Part shown: positions 9,755 to 19,669 of the stretch, in pieces
Layout: the number at the start of each line of letters is the position of its first letter
Numbering within the stretch: the first letter of the stretch is position 1
Virus record (IMG/VR): IMGVR_UViG_3300009180_000026
DNA length: 64,000 bases
Source of the DNA: a virus
Lineage: Duplodnaviria > Heunggongvirae > Uroviricota > Caudoviricetes
Strand: one strand, 5' to 3'
Translations under genes and position numbers: made by a program
Notes under the pieces: generated by a model
Told to the model about the DNA's origin: nothing
Database searches by the model: none
The model's input: the letters and a program-made list of their open reading frames with translations, nothing else

Positions 9755-12700
9755 TTATATTATAATACAAGGACTTGGTTCAGCTGCTCCATTTACCACT
9801 TGAAGACTATATACATGTCCTACTATTGGTGTAAATGATAATGTTACACTTGGAGTGTATGTAGGAGTAGCTCCAATATTATTTACATAATATATTTCAG
9901 TGCCTGTAGTGCTATCACAAAGTCTAAATTTAACTGGTTGACTACCACCGCTTTCCCATGTTATAGTTAAATTATATGGAACTATAGGAAGACTAACTGC
10001 TCCAGAGTTAGATGATGACAGTGTTTCATTAATTAAATATGCAGAAGTTGCAAAGTTTTGAAGTTGTATAGTTGCGGTGATGCTTCCAAAACTATTAAAC
10101 TGCCAATAGAAAGGTGCACTTGGTATTGCAATAGTTGTACTTGAACTAGTGGTAGAACTTGTACTAGATGTAGAAGTTGATGTACTACTACTTGATGTTG
10201 TGGTAGTAGTTATTGGGATACAATCTATCTCTTCCTCTATATAAAATTCTTTTGTTTCAGGATCGTATTTAATATCTTTAGATAGAGGTATGTAGTCAAG
10301 CTTTGATATAATAACACGATCAAATTTAGAATCAAATACACCATGTAGACCTATGCCATTGAAGTGATTATCTACATCAACATTAGGAAAATGTCTTAAG
10401 ATTTCAAATGCAAGATGATCTGTAAAGAACCTATTCATACCAGAACCAAATGCAGAAAGATCTGTAGCTTGATTACCAGCTATTAAAAACACTTGCCCTC
10501 TCTTAGCATCAACAGAGATTTGTCCTTGAGGAATCTTTAATAACATCTTGTTCTGACTTCCTACATATCCAAGATCTGTTTCAGCAAAATCTATTGGAGG
10601 TGAACTCTTGAACAATGTATCATTACCAAGATAGGCAGCTTGAGGATTACTTGTATTTATAGTTAGGAGAGTGTTGTACAAAAGACTCTTGTTCTCAAAC
10701 CTAGCAAGGATAGCTCTGTTCTGAATACCATCTAATGATGTAAGCTTGCCATAGTTTTGAGGAAAATCAAAAGATGCAATAGGACGATAGATTAACCAAC
10801 TGTTCACTCTATTATCAGCATTTGCACTTTGTGCTTCAGAATATATTGCTCTGAAAGGATAGTTTGTAAAACAAAGCTGTTGTTTCCAATCCTGAGGAAG
10901 ATGTGAAAAAAAGTTTTCTTTATTCTGCTTAGAGAATGTTACGTTATAATAATATGTATTGTCTTGAAGAATTGTAACAAAGCTTTCTTGTAACCAATCA
11001 TCAGGAATATCTGTATTCACGTGAGGCCAGAAGTCACCTTCTTTATTATTAAATGCTTGTCTAAGATCTGTATTGTAAGATGTTTCACAATAGAAGTTTG
11101 GAATACCATATGCAAACAAATAGAAATACCCATTGTAGAATGTTCTATTTGGATTATTTGCAGGGGGTCCAGGAAGCTGACTGTTTGGACAATCAAAATT
11201 ATTAGCCTTATATGAAATTATATTAGGTAAAAGTCCTCCTGTAGCACCAAAATCTGATAGAATAGATCTTGCAGAGTGCCAGTATTTAGGATAGGCAATA
11301 TTACCAATCTCATCATAGAATATATCTGAATCATCAGGAGCACCCACTCTATTGTCTATAAAGAAAGGAAGCTTTGTTTTAAATGCAAATCTGCTGATGA
11401 ATGTATCACCACCAAAAAAGATTTCTGATTCAACATTTGGTATATTGATTAAGCTTCTTTGGAATCCTGTATCTAATGTTTCATAAGAATACATTTGTCC
11501 CCATTGACTAACTGCTATATTCTTTATAGATGCATAATAGGAAACTACCGATATATCTGTTTGTTGTGCTGGGGTTGCACACACATTTGAGGATGATATT
11601 GTAGATCTTGATTCATCTGTTACAAAGCTTATTCCTCCTGGAGCAATACTTGGTGTTTTATCAGGAAAGGGTAGTGGGTCTATTGATTCTTTTGTTTTTA
11701 AATAAACAGAAGATTCTCTATTCCAATTATTCACAACGTGGTTGTCTCCTACAGATTGTACACCAGGAATTATATATTGTGCAATGTCTAATGGTCTTTG
11801 TTTAATACCAAGATTATTATCTATTGTATCATTGTAATTATAATCTGCTATAGAGTTGTATGAATAAGCATAGTTTCTTCTTGTTATTCCATTTATATAG
11901 ATTGTAAGATAGGCTTGATATGCAGCAAACATTGCTTGTGCACTCCAAGGAGATGTATATCCAGCTAATGAATTTGATGCTCCTAAAGCATCTTCTTGAG
12001 CTTCTTTTGTAAGAAGTTTGTACATTGCATTTTTCTTCACTTCTACAAAGTGAGCTCTACCTCTTCCAAACATTACATTCTCAAGCTTTAAATAATCTCC
12101 TAAGAATGGCTGTCCAAAAGATGTTTCAGGTGAATTAAACACATGTCTATATTTGGAATCAGTTGTATTAGAATTTATAGGGAGTGGAACTTGTTCTGCA
12201 CAATCATCAGTTCCAATTGTACTATAATATTCATTAATTTGTCCACATCCATTACAATTCTGATCTATTACACATCTAACAATTGTTCCATGTTTAACTT
12301 GAATAAACTGCACACCATAATATGGCCACCCATCAATAAACCTACTTTCAGTTTGTCCATATATATTTGTCCACTCTGCTCTCCAACCAGCACAAAATGG
12401 TGTAATAGAATTAACACCAACTCTCCAAGAATCATACTTTGCATATGAAATTAGTCCTTCACCGTATGACATTATAGGAAAACCTATAGAACAAATTTGA
12501 TCTCTATCTCCCACTTTGTAATATTTTTTAGTGGCTTTTCTATTTGTATTAATATCTGTGTATTCTACTTCAGCATAAGCTGGGCCTCCATAAATATCTG
12601 GTTCTATTTTAGAAATTATTATTCTATATGAATTTGCTAATTCTACCCATGCATTATTTGTAACATTTAAAAAAGGATCATCTCTAAGATCGTTATATGG

Positions 12701-14494
12701 ATAGTTTGGATAGTAGTAGTCTGTTCCTTCTCTATTATACTTTCCTACATTTCTCAAAATCCCTTTAGCAACAATAGATTTGTTTGTTCCTCTGTTTCCT
12801 CTTATAATCTTGTATGCAGCAATATCATCTTTTTGCTCTTGTGTAAGATTTGAAGTTTCTATTAATGTTGCTATTTGAGTTGAATCTATTCTAACACCAA
12901 TTGGAAACACAGCATCATTACCCATGGCCATACCACCTGATGATGTAAATATTTTAGATTCAACTGCTGGGCTTACAGCAATATCTGGAAACTTATGATG
13001 TCTTATTGGTTTTCCAGATAGTTCTCCCCAAACAGCTTCATTACAAGGATAGAGCTCTGTTGATTCCCAATATGCAAATCTTCCATATTCCCATGGACCT
13101 TTATAATCTACTGCTGAGGATTTTGAAGAAGATGGTCCTATTATATTAGCTGTATTGTATATCTTCCAATAAGGACTATATCCAACACTACCTTGGTAGT
13201 ATTCAGGATCTCCTATAAAATCAGGATTTGTATCTGGAATATCTGGGCTTGAAATCTCATTATAATTTTTTGTTCTACCAGGAATATGAAAACCATCTGT
13301 TTGTTTACCATTCCTTAATAAGAATACAATTTCAAATGCATACACCTCATCACGCATGTACCCACGTAGATTTGTAGCATTCAACTCATCTGCATAGTTT
13401 TCTGTAGCAGGGATTCTATAACTCTCCCACAATAAAGAGATTTGATTTGCTATTGATTGATAGTTGATTCTATCAATAGATGTAAGGTTGTCCCATACAA
13501 GTAGGTCTTGAACAGCTGTAAGATCTTGAGCTATTTCATAATAAGGAAACTTTTCAAACACATCTGCAATAGCCAAGCGTATATTTGTTACGTTCTGACC
13601 AGTGTAGGTTATTTGTAAAGTGGTATTACTAATGTAATATGTTCCTGTAAGTTCTACAGAAGTGATGTCATTAACTGTTTTGATTACAGCAAGATTGAAA
13701 TATTGAAACTGTCCTGTAGCATCAAGATTACTAACATTAACCACAATAGACTTACCCACCTGATAGTTAAAATTAGGAGTGGTGAGTTGAGGGTTAGCAA
13801 TAGGTGTGGGGTTTGTTACAGAATAATATGAAGTGTAAGGATTACCATTTGGATCTGCATATTGAATAGCAAACTGATATGTACCAGCAACAAGATCCCC
13901 CCCTGTAGTTATATCAATAATATCTAATTGAGGAATATTGAAGTTTGGTTGTAGCTTTAATTGATTACAGTCAACAGTTGTTGTATATTCAGGATCACAT
14001 AGCTCTGTTCCTGGTTTAATGATGTAAGGGATGTTTCCAAGATCTAAATATCTTCTTGGGTTAAAACCATCTGTCCAATAAATTTCTGTAGTGCAATTTG
14101 TAATCTTATGTACAATCTTATGTATAGGATGGTTTACATTAAAGTTTAAACAAGGAGCATCTATATAAATGCGATATTCACAATCATTATTATCCATATA
14201 TCCAATCTGTGATTCTCCTGTATTAGGATTTACAATAAAGAATATATGTTTGTTTTGCTCATTGATGAAATGTTCTCCTATTAACTGAAATCCTGTAGGA
14301 AAACTCAAACAGAATTCATTACCAGGTTCATTTTGATAGTTGATAGAATTAGAATCAAAGTTTTCAACAGCAGCATTTAATGCATATGTAAGAGCACCTT
14401 TAGGAACCTGATTAATGGAATTATCCATATTCATTCCTACAGATGCTGTATTATATTCAGGAGTGATATTACCTTGTTGTTGTTCTTCTGCCAT
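9755..14494 (-). CDS. giant tail, baseplate or 'muzzle'-like protein (1579 aa)
   Basis: 4.7-kb ORF with a Ser/Thr linker (TTTTSSSSTSTSTSSTSSTTSSSTT) followed by a about 150-aa C-terminal domain ending ...PCIII. Located between the fibre cluster and the giant proteins. Confidence 0.55.
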   Translation of the reverse strand: MAEEQQQGNITPEYNTASVGMNMDNSINQVPKGALTYALNAAVENFDSNSINYQNEPGNEFCLSFPTGFQLIGEHFINEQNKHIFFIVNPNTGESQIGYMDNNDCEYRIYIDAPCLNFNVNHPIHKIVHKITNCTTEIYWTDGFNPRRYLDLGNIPYIIKPGTELCDPEYTTTVDCNQLKLQPNFNIPQLDIIDITTGGDLVAGTYQFAIQYADPNGNPYTSYYSVTNPTPIANPQLTTPNFNYQVGKSIVVNVSNLDATGQFQYFNLAVIKTVNDITSVELTGTYYISNTTLQITYTGQNVTNIRLAIADVFEKFPYYEIAQDLTAVQDLLVWDNLTSIDRINYQSIANQISLLWESYRIPATENYADELNATNLRGYMRDEVYAFEIVFLLRNGKQTDGFHIPGRTKNYNEISSPDIPDTNPDFIGDPEYYQGSVGYSPYWKIYNTANIIGPSSSKSSAVDYKGPWEYGRFAYWESTELYPCNEAVWGELSGKPIRHHKFPDIAVSPAVESKIFTSSGGMAMGNDAVFPIGVRIDSTQIATLIETSNLTQEQKDDIAAYKIIRGNRGTNKSIVAKGILRNVGKYNREGTDYYYPNYPYNDLRDDPFLNVTNNAWVELANSYRIIISKIEPDIYGGPAYAEVEYTDINTNRKATKKYYKVGDRDQICSIGFPIMSYGEGLISYAKYDSWRVGVNSITPFCAGWRAEWTNIYGQTESRFIDGWPYYGVQFIQVKHGTIVRCVIDQNCNGCGQINEYYSTIGTDDCAEQVPLPINSNTTDSKYRHVFNSPETSFGQPFLGDYLKLENVMFGRGRAHFVEVKKNAMYKLLTKEAQEDALGASNSLAGYTSPWSAQAMFAAYQAYLTIYINGITRRNYAYSYNSIADYNYNDTIDNNLGIKQRPLDIAQYIIPGVQSVGDNHVVNNWNRESSVYLKTKESIDPLPFPDKTPSIAPGGISFVTDESRSTISSSNVCATPAQQTDISVVSYYASIKNIAVSQWGQMYSYETLDTGFQRSLINIPNVESEIFFGGDTFISRFAFKTKLPFFIDNRVGAPDDSDIFYDEIGNIAYPKYWHSARSILSDFGATGGLLPNIISYKANNFDCPNSQLPGPPANNPNRTFYNGYFYLFAYGIPNFYCETSYNTDLRQAFNNKEGDFWPHVNTDIPDDWLQESFVTILQDNTYYYNVTFSKQNKENFFSHLPQDWKQQLCFTNYPFRAIYSEAQSANADNRVNSWLIYRPIASFDFPQNYGKLTSLDGIQNRAILARFENKSLLYNTLLTINTSNPQAAYLGNDTLFKSSPPIDFAETDLGYVGSQNKMLLKIPQGQISVDAKRGQVFLIAGNQATDLSAFGSGMNRFFTDHLAFEILRHFPNVDVDNHFNGIGLHGVFDSKFDRVIISKLDYIPLSKDIKYDPETKEFYIEEEIDCIPITTTTTSSSSTSTSTSSTSSTTSSSTTIAIPSAPFYWQFNSFGSITATIQLQNFATSAYLINETLSSSNSGAVSLPIVPYNLTITWESGGSQPVKFRLCDSTTGTEIYYVNNIGATPTYTPSVTLSFTPIVGHVYSLQVVNGAAEPSPCIII

Positions 14495-14502
14495 TTGTTA
14501 AA

Positions 14503-15426
14503 TTAATTATTACGTCTCCAGCCATACCTATTAGTTCTATTAGGAAGCTCATACATATTAAATCTGTTAAGATCATTTTTAATTCTTCTTTGCTTATCCC
14601 ATGCAGTTTGTTTCTTAATTTCAATATCTGCCATTATGAATGCTTCTTCAGATAGTTGTTTGTAATAAACAAGCTTTGCTTGAATTTGTTGGAATGTTTC
14701 ATCAGTTAACTGATTAGACAACATTTCAAACACTTTGTATTTAATAAATGCTTCAACGTATTCTCTTATACGGTAGTTATCAGGAATCATTTGATTTCCA
14801 ATATCATCATATTCTGTAGCGTAGAATATCAAATTAACAACACCATTTCTAAAATTAGTGACAAACTTATTATCTCTAACATCAAATGAATCTGCAGCAG
14901 ATGAACCAAGATTTGCACAATCTAATGTACAGTTTGCTCTTACAGAGATGTTTCCTGGTTTTAATAGATATTGTCTATGATAGGTTCTATTAACTGAATT
15001 ATTTGTTTTATATACAGCCTGAATCAATTCTGGCATACATTCAGGACATCCTGTTGTACATTCAACATTTGTACAAGCCACTCCTCCAGAAACTACAGGA
15101 CTCACTTGTATTGTTGTTTGTGAAGCTGCTTGAGAATAGAATGAATTGGCTGATTGATAGGGATAACCTGCAACATCTGTACATAACCATGCTTCTCTTA
15201 CAGCAAAGAAGTTATCTGGAAGCCTTGCTTCAAAATCATTTATATGAAGAATTGTTTCAGAAATTACATATGTTGTTCTTCCCAACTTTCTTAAACACTT
15301 GTCAAGATAGGTGGGGAACATAAGATCATCTACAGCACCTGTATCAAAGTAACTCTTAAGTTCTTCCTTCACTGTAGCATATACAGGATCAGGAGAAACA
15401 AAATTATATTTATAGTAATAACTCAT
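14503..15426 (-). CDS. structural protein (307 aa), Cys-rich segment
   Basis: ORF containing CTNVECTTGCPECMPE cluster. Tail-module position. Confidence 0.4.
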   Translation of the reverse strand: MSYYYKYNFVSPDPVYATVKEELKSYFDTGAVDDLMFPTYLDKCLRKLGRTTYVISETILHINDFEARLPDNFFAVREAWLCTDVAGYPYQSANSFYSQAASQTTIQVSPVVSGGVACTNVECTTGCPECMPELIQAVYKTNNSVNRTYHRQYLLKPGNISVRANCTLDCANLGSSAADSFDVRDNKFVTNFRNGVVNLIFYATEYDDIGNQMIPDNYRIREYVEAFIKYKVFEMLSNQLTDETFQQIQAKLVYYKQLSEEAFIMADIEIKKQTAWDKQRRIKNDLNRFNMYELPNRTNRYGWRRNN

Positions 15427-15443
15427 ATCAATTGTTTTTTATT

Positions 15444-15920
15444 TTAATGCTTCCACTCTCTATAGAGGTGTTGATATTTGTCATTGGTTTTTATATAGTG
15501 GGAAAGAAGTCTTGATGTTGTACGTGATGGTTTGAAATACCAAAGCATAGAGTGTTTAAGTCTTACAGCTTCTTTAAACCACATCCAACCAAAAAAATAT
15601 CCTTCTGTATGGTAGTTGAAATTATATATTATTTTTCCTTTTTCTTTTGTCTTTTGCCAGTCTATAGGAAGATTTATAAACTCATCATTCAATCCCTTCT
15701 TCTTTCTTCTCTTCTTTTTATTAATTGAAAACTCTCCAAACCCAAAAGGAAGTTTAGCCTTTTCTCCAGTTTCTAATATGTAGATTTTGAAAGCCTCATT
15801 GAATGAATAAATAATATTTCTCCATTCATCAAATGTTAATTTTATGGAAGGATATTTTTTACAAAAACTTTTGTAATTATCTCTACTTGCACTTCTCCAA
15901 TCAACTGCTACTCTAGCCAT
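15444..15920 (-). CDS. basic protein (158 aa), unknown
   Basis: ORF with a KKKRRKKKG basic patch. Compact spacing. Confidence 0.4.
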   Translation of the reverse strand: MARVAVDWRSASRDNYKSFCKKYPSIKLTFDEWRNIIYSFNEAFKIYILETGEKAKLPFGFGEFSINKKKRRKKKGLNDEFINLPIDWQKTKEKGKIIYNFNYHTEGYFFGWMWFKEAVRLKHSMLWYFKPSRTTSRLLSHYIKTNDKYQHLYREWKH

Positions 15921-15923
15921 TTA

Positions 15924-16652
15924 TTAGTTTGTAGGTTTTGTATTAGGTGCTTGTGAATCAACACCATCATCTGTCATATCTGTTTTTAATCTGAAATATG
16001 TAGCAAGAAGTTTTTGTGATGTTAATTCCAACACTTGTTTTTCCAGATATCCTGGAACATATGATTCTTTATCTAATGGGTTTTTGCACCACTGCTCATC
16101 TGTAGGTTCATTAGATCCACATCCACATTCAGGATACATTAATTCATTTTGTACATCTTCCTCAAACAATGCAGATAGTCTAACAGCTTTCATCAAAGGA
16201 TTACTTATATATAGATAATCATTGTGAATCCAATAGTAGTGTTCATTCTTTATAATAGGAAGTTTTAAAAGATTTACATATCTATTGATAGTGATTTCTT
16301 TAAACTTTGTACCAACACCACTCATTGCATTTATAGAATACACACCTTGAATAAGGTATTGATAGTTCCCTTCAGTGATTCTTGGGAGTTTAAATCTACT
16401 TCTTCCAATTGTACAAGGATCAACATATTCACAACATTCTGAAATAGAAACTTCCACCATCTCTAAACAAGGGATGGTGGTAAATAATGTTGAGGTTGCC
16501 CAAAGTTTTCTTAAGTTTGTTTCTCTTTTAATTAATAAGAGAGCATTATTTTTAATCTCAGATGCAATAGCACGATCTGTTACTAAGCTATCTGTTGATA
16601 GTAGTTTGTGCATTGAACGCACATCTGAAACTAATTTTCTTAATATTGACAT
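15924..16652 (-). CDS. hypothetical protein (242 aa)
   Basis: ORF with Cys clusters (SECCEYVDPC; ECGCGSNE). Confidence 0.4.
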   Translation of the reverse strand: MSILRKLVSDVRSMHKLLSTDSLVTDRAIASEIKNNALLLIKRETNLRKLWATSTLFTTIPCLEMVEVSISECCEYVDPCTIGRSRFKLPRITEGNYQYLIQGVYSINAMSGVGTKFKEITINRYVNLLKLPIIKNEHYYWIHNDYLYISNPLMKAVRLSALFEEDVQNELMYPECGCGSNEPTDEQWCKNPLDKESYVPGYLEKQVLELTSQKLLATYFRLKTDMTDDGVDSQAPNTKPTN

Positions 16653-16657
16653 AGGTA

Positions 16658-17893
16658 TTATATTCTTGATTCATATTCTCCGATCTTCCCAAGTAGAACA
16701 TCGTAGATGAGAACAATTCCTGCTCTTATTGAATTTACAAAGTTATTATCAGCATGCCATCTATCAGTTCCTGATAAAGAAGGCATTTGTTGTATTCTGA
16801 CACCTTTTATTTCTTTGGCCATATAGTGATGTTTATCACCTGTATGCACCTCTCTATATTTACAACTTCCAAATTTGAAAGAATCTTTTCCTGTAGCAAA
16901 CAATAAAGGAAGATCATCTATCTTACAGTTACCATGGTGATATCCAATGAATGTATTTCCTAATACAACAGACTTAGTCACTGAATGTTCTCTTTGGAAT
17001 TTAATTTTAGCATTGTTTGAAAAGAACACTTCTAATGCATGTGCTAAGTAAAAAGACTTAGTGCGATCATGATTACCTTGTACTAACACCACTTCAACAC
17101 TATAACACACTTCTTGTAAATAATTGATTGCCTGCACTAAAAGATCAAACCCTTCCTCATATTCATGATCATATCCTGTAAGTACATCTTGAGGAGTACC
17201 TGCTGTAGTTTGATTTTGGTAGTTATCTGTGTGAAAGAAATCATTTGATATTGGAAAAACAATCTTGTTAATTATAAAGTTTGATCTCACCTTATCAACA
17301 AGATCACACAATACATCTAAATATTGTTCTTTCTTTTCTCTTATAGTTTCTCCTTCTAATGTTTTCTTTGCTAAATGGAAATCAGCTATAGACACCTCAA
17401 TATCAACCACTTGCACAAACTCAGCCTTTCTTTCAATCTTAACAACTTCTGTTTTATTAGGAACATAGTTTTCTAAAAACTTAGCAAAGTCTTCAGGAGA
17501 ATAATCTTTTGCTTGTTTTAATGTTGCAAATACAGAACTTGTAAACTTACCATTAGATTTTTGCTTTGTCCAGTAGTTTGATATTTTGTATTTATCTAAG
17601 TTTATCTTATGTAATCTTGCAAGCTCAATATCGTCTTTAGGTTCAAATGAAGTTTCTATTGTAGATTCCATTGTTCCTTTCTCATTATTCACCTTAACAA
17701 CTAATTCCTCTAGAACATCAATATAATGTGCCACCTCAGCATCATCCCTCACTCTTTCTTTGTTTCTTAATTCTTTTAATAACTCATCCACCATTTCTTC
17801 TGTCACTCCTAGTTTCTCAGCATATACTTTCTTGCTTTTCTTCCAATGGAGCATTTGTTCCAACTGTTGTAACAATCCCTGGTTTAATGACAT
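16658..17893 (-). CDS. SbcD/Mre11-like calcineurin-type metallophosphoesterase with an N-terminal extension
   Basis: Motif I (SIADFHLA, cf. SDxHLG), motif III (LVQGNHD), motif IV/V (GYHHG, GDKHH). A 170-aa N-terminal region is coiled-coil/HTH-like (KVYAEKLGVTEEMVDELLKEL). Confidence 0.5.
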   Translation of the reverse strand: MSLNQGLLQQLEQMLHWKKSKKVYAEKLGVTEEMVDELLKELRNKERVRDDAEVAHYIDVLEELVVKVNNEKGTMESTIETSFEPKDDIELARLHKINLDKYKISNYWTKQKSNGKFTSSVFATLKQAKDYSPEDFAKFLENYVPNKTEVVKIERKAEFVQVVDIEVSIADFHLAKKTLEGETIREKKEQYLDVLCDLVDKVRSNFIINKIVFPISNDFFHTDNYQNQTTAGTPQDVLTGYDHEYEEGFDLLVQAINYLQEVCYSVEVVLVQGNHDRTKSFYLAHALEVFFSNNAKIKFQREHSVTKSVVLGNTFIGYHHGNCKIDDLPLLFATGKDSFKFGSCKYREVHTGDKHHYMAKEIKGVRIQQMPSLSGTDRWHADNNFVNSIRAGIVLIYDVLLGKIGEYESRI

Positions 17894-17993
17894 GTATAGT
17901 TTTTTTGGTTAAAATTAGACTAAAGGTAGATTTTTATTTTAAATATACCAAATTATTTTAACTAACATAATTATATAGTTTAACCAAACTGGT

Positions 17994-18026
17994 TATAAAA
18001 AACCCCAAATGTGGAAACATTCGGGG
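17994..18026 (-). terminator. rho-independent terminator after the tail-fibre cluster
   Basis: On the minus strand: CCCCGAATGTTTCCACATTTGGGG (10-bp stem with one mismatch, 4-nt loop) followed by TTTTTTT. Confidence 0.6.
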
Positions 18027-18056
18027 ATACCCTGTAAAACCAATAAAACAGGATTT

Positions 18057-18278
18057 TTAACTTATTTGTAAATCTACATAACTTAAACAGTTTCCTGTTG
18101 ATTTCACTCTTATTATAGATGTTAGTGTAGGAACTACAGTTGATGTATATCCTGTTAAAAGAGCTGTTTTACCAACACCACTTTCAAACGGTGATGAATA
18201 GTTATTTACATCTGAAAATAGATTAAATATAGGACCTGTATCTATATCTGCTATTGTTAATTGTATTAATACATTCAT
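18057..18278 (-). CDS. small protein (73 aa)
   Basis: ORF between the fibre gene and the terminator. Confidence 0.3.
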   Translation of the reverse strand: MNVLIQLTIADIDTGPIFNLFSDVNNYSSPFESGVGKTALLTGYTSTVVPTLTSIIRVKSTGNCLSYVDLQIS

Positions 18279-18288
18279 ATATTAAAGT

Positions 18289-19650
18289 TTAAAATTGTAT
18301 CCACGATGTACCATTATAGTATTCCATCATATTAACTTGAGAGTTATACCCCATCTCTCCACTATTAGGAGAAAGTGGTCTTCCTGCATTGTCCCATCTT
18401 GCAGGCATTATTCCTCTTGTTGCAAGTCTTTGATCTATAGACGATGTGAATATAGTGTTTATTGCATCTATTCTAATTCTACCATCGTTTGAAGAGTCTT
18501 CATCTAGCACTATCCTTGAAGAGTTTTGTGCAAATTCTATTACAGGATAGTCACCATCTATTCTTGATCCATTAGCCCATATTGTTGGACCTACACCACT
18601 AGATACAAAAACCCAACCATCAGAACCAGGAGTACCGCTTATTGTAGAAGTAGCCATACCTACAGGAAAAACATCACCAAATTCTAATGTTCTTAATGTA
18701 TATACATTTCCAGGGATCCATGTGGGAAATCCAGGATCTGCACCACTATACCAAGAATCTATCCAATTAGGATTAGCCACTCTTTCATCAAAATAATGTG
18801 CAATAGTTGTTGATTCTCTACTTACAGCGTGTATCTCATCTATCACTTGGAAGTTATTTGCTGGATTGAATATTATCCAAGGATGTGCTGCTATCCAATT
18901 AGCTTGAGCATTATATGCAGGACTATTGTAGTTTGTCAACCACAGAGCTGCTGAACTTTTAAATGATATAATTCTTGTGAATGATCCTGTAGGAACAGTT
19001 GAAAATTGATCTCCTGTTTGAAATAAGTTTGAACTACTTGTAAATGCAGCATAGCTATATTTACTTGAATCTGATCCAGTGAACAATAATTGATTGGTTC
19101 CAAGAGTGATGGTTGTTCCTGCTGTAAGATTTCCTCCAAGCTTTATATTGTTTCCAGTTTTTGTAAGTCCATTATCTGCTGTAAGAGCGGTCAGTATGTT
19201 TGTAGCCACTCCTGAATATCCAGATGATGTAATTACACCAGATGGATCAATTGTTAAGAATGTTGAAGGTGAAGTGGTTGTTACTAACCCTGTAAGAGAT
19301 AGTGTGTTTGTTGCTGATGTAACTAGTGTTGTAGGAGTTGATAAAGTTCCTCCTAAATTGATTGTTCCTGAGGAGAGATTAAGACCATTTCCTGCACCTG
19401 ATACAGTTCCAGTTTTTGGTACAAGATCTACATTGTTTATACCATTAGCATACCAATATTCTTGAATAGGATTGCTTCCTACTTTAATACCTACAGTGAG
19501 TCCTATATAACGTTGATATGTTGGAATAGCTGTATTTGCATTTGATGTAGTTGCATAAAATCCTGTTACTCCTGATATATTAGTTCCAAATCTAGCATCT
19601 GCAGGTTTGGGAGCTCGTACATCTATATTATCATTTAGTATTATTGACAT
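18289..19650 (-). CDS. tail fibre / receptor-binding protein 2 (453 aa)
   Basis: N-terminus MSIILNDNIDVRAPKPADARFG...YQRYIGLTVG is paralogous to the adjacent 812-aa fibre. Shares the NGLTKTGNNIKLGG module with the 479-aa protein. Thr/Gly-rich beta-rich composition. Confidence 0.6.
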   Translation of the reverse strand: MSIILNDNIDVRAPKPADARFGTNISGVTGFYATTSNANTAIPTYQRYIGLTVGIKVGSNPIQEYWYANGINNVDLVPKTGTVSGAGNGLNLSSGTINLGGTLSTPTTLVTSATNTLSLTGLVTTTSPSTFLTIDPSGVITSSGYSGVATNILTALTADNGLTKTGNNIKLGGNLTAGTTITLGTNQLLFTGSDSSKYSYAAFTSSSNLFQTGDQFSTVPTGSFTRIISFKSSAALWLTNYNSPAYNAQANWIAAHPWIIFNPANNFQVIDEIHAVSRESTTIAHYFDERVANPNWIDSWYSGADPGFPTWIPGNVYTLRTLEFGDVFPVGMATSTISGTPGSDGWVFVSSGVGPTIWANGSRIDGDYPVIEFAQNSSRIVLDEDSSNDGRIRIDAINTIFTSSIDQRLATRGIMPARWDNAGRPLSPNSGEMGYNSQVNMMEYYNGTSWIQF

Positions 19651-19669
19651 CTTTTATTATTTATTGATT

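Noticed and set aside
1458-15323. Numerous 60-120-aa plus-strand ORFs embedded in the long minus-strand genes (for example 1458..1661, 6902..7243, 11021..11215, 15003..15323)
   Set aside because: They lie antisense within long uninterrupted ORFs with clear protein features. The compositionally biased AT-rich sequence generates such shadow ORFs.
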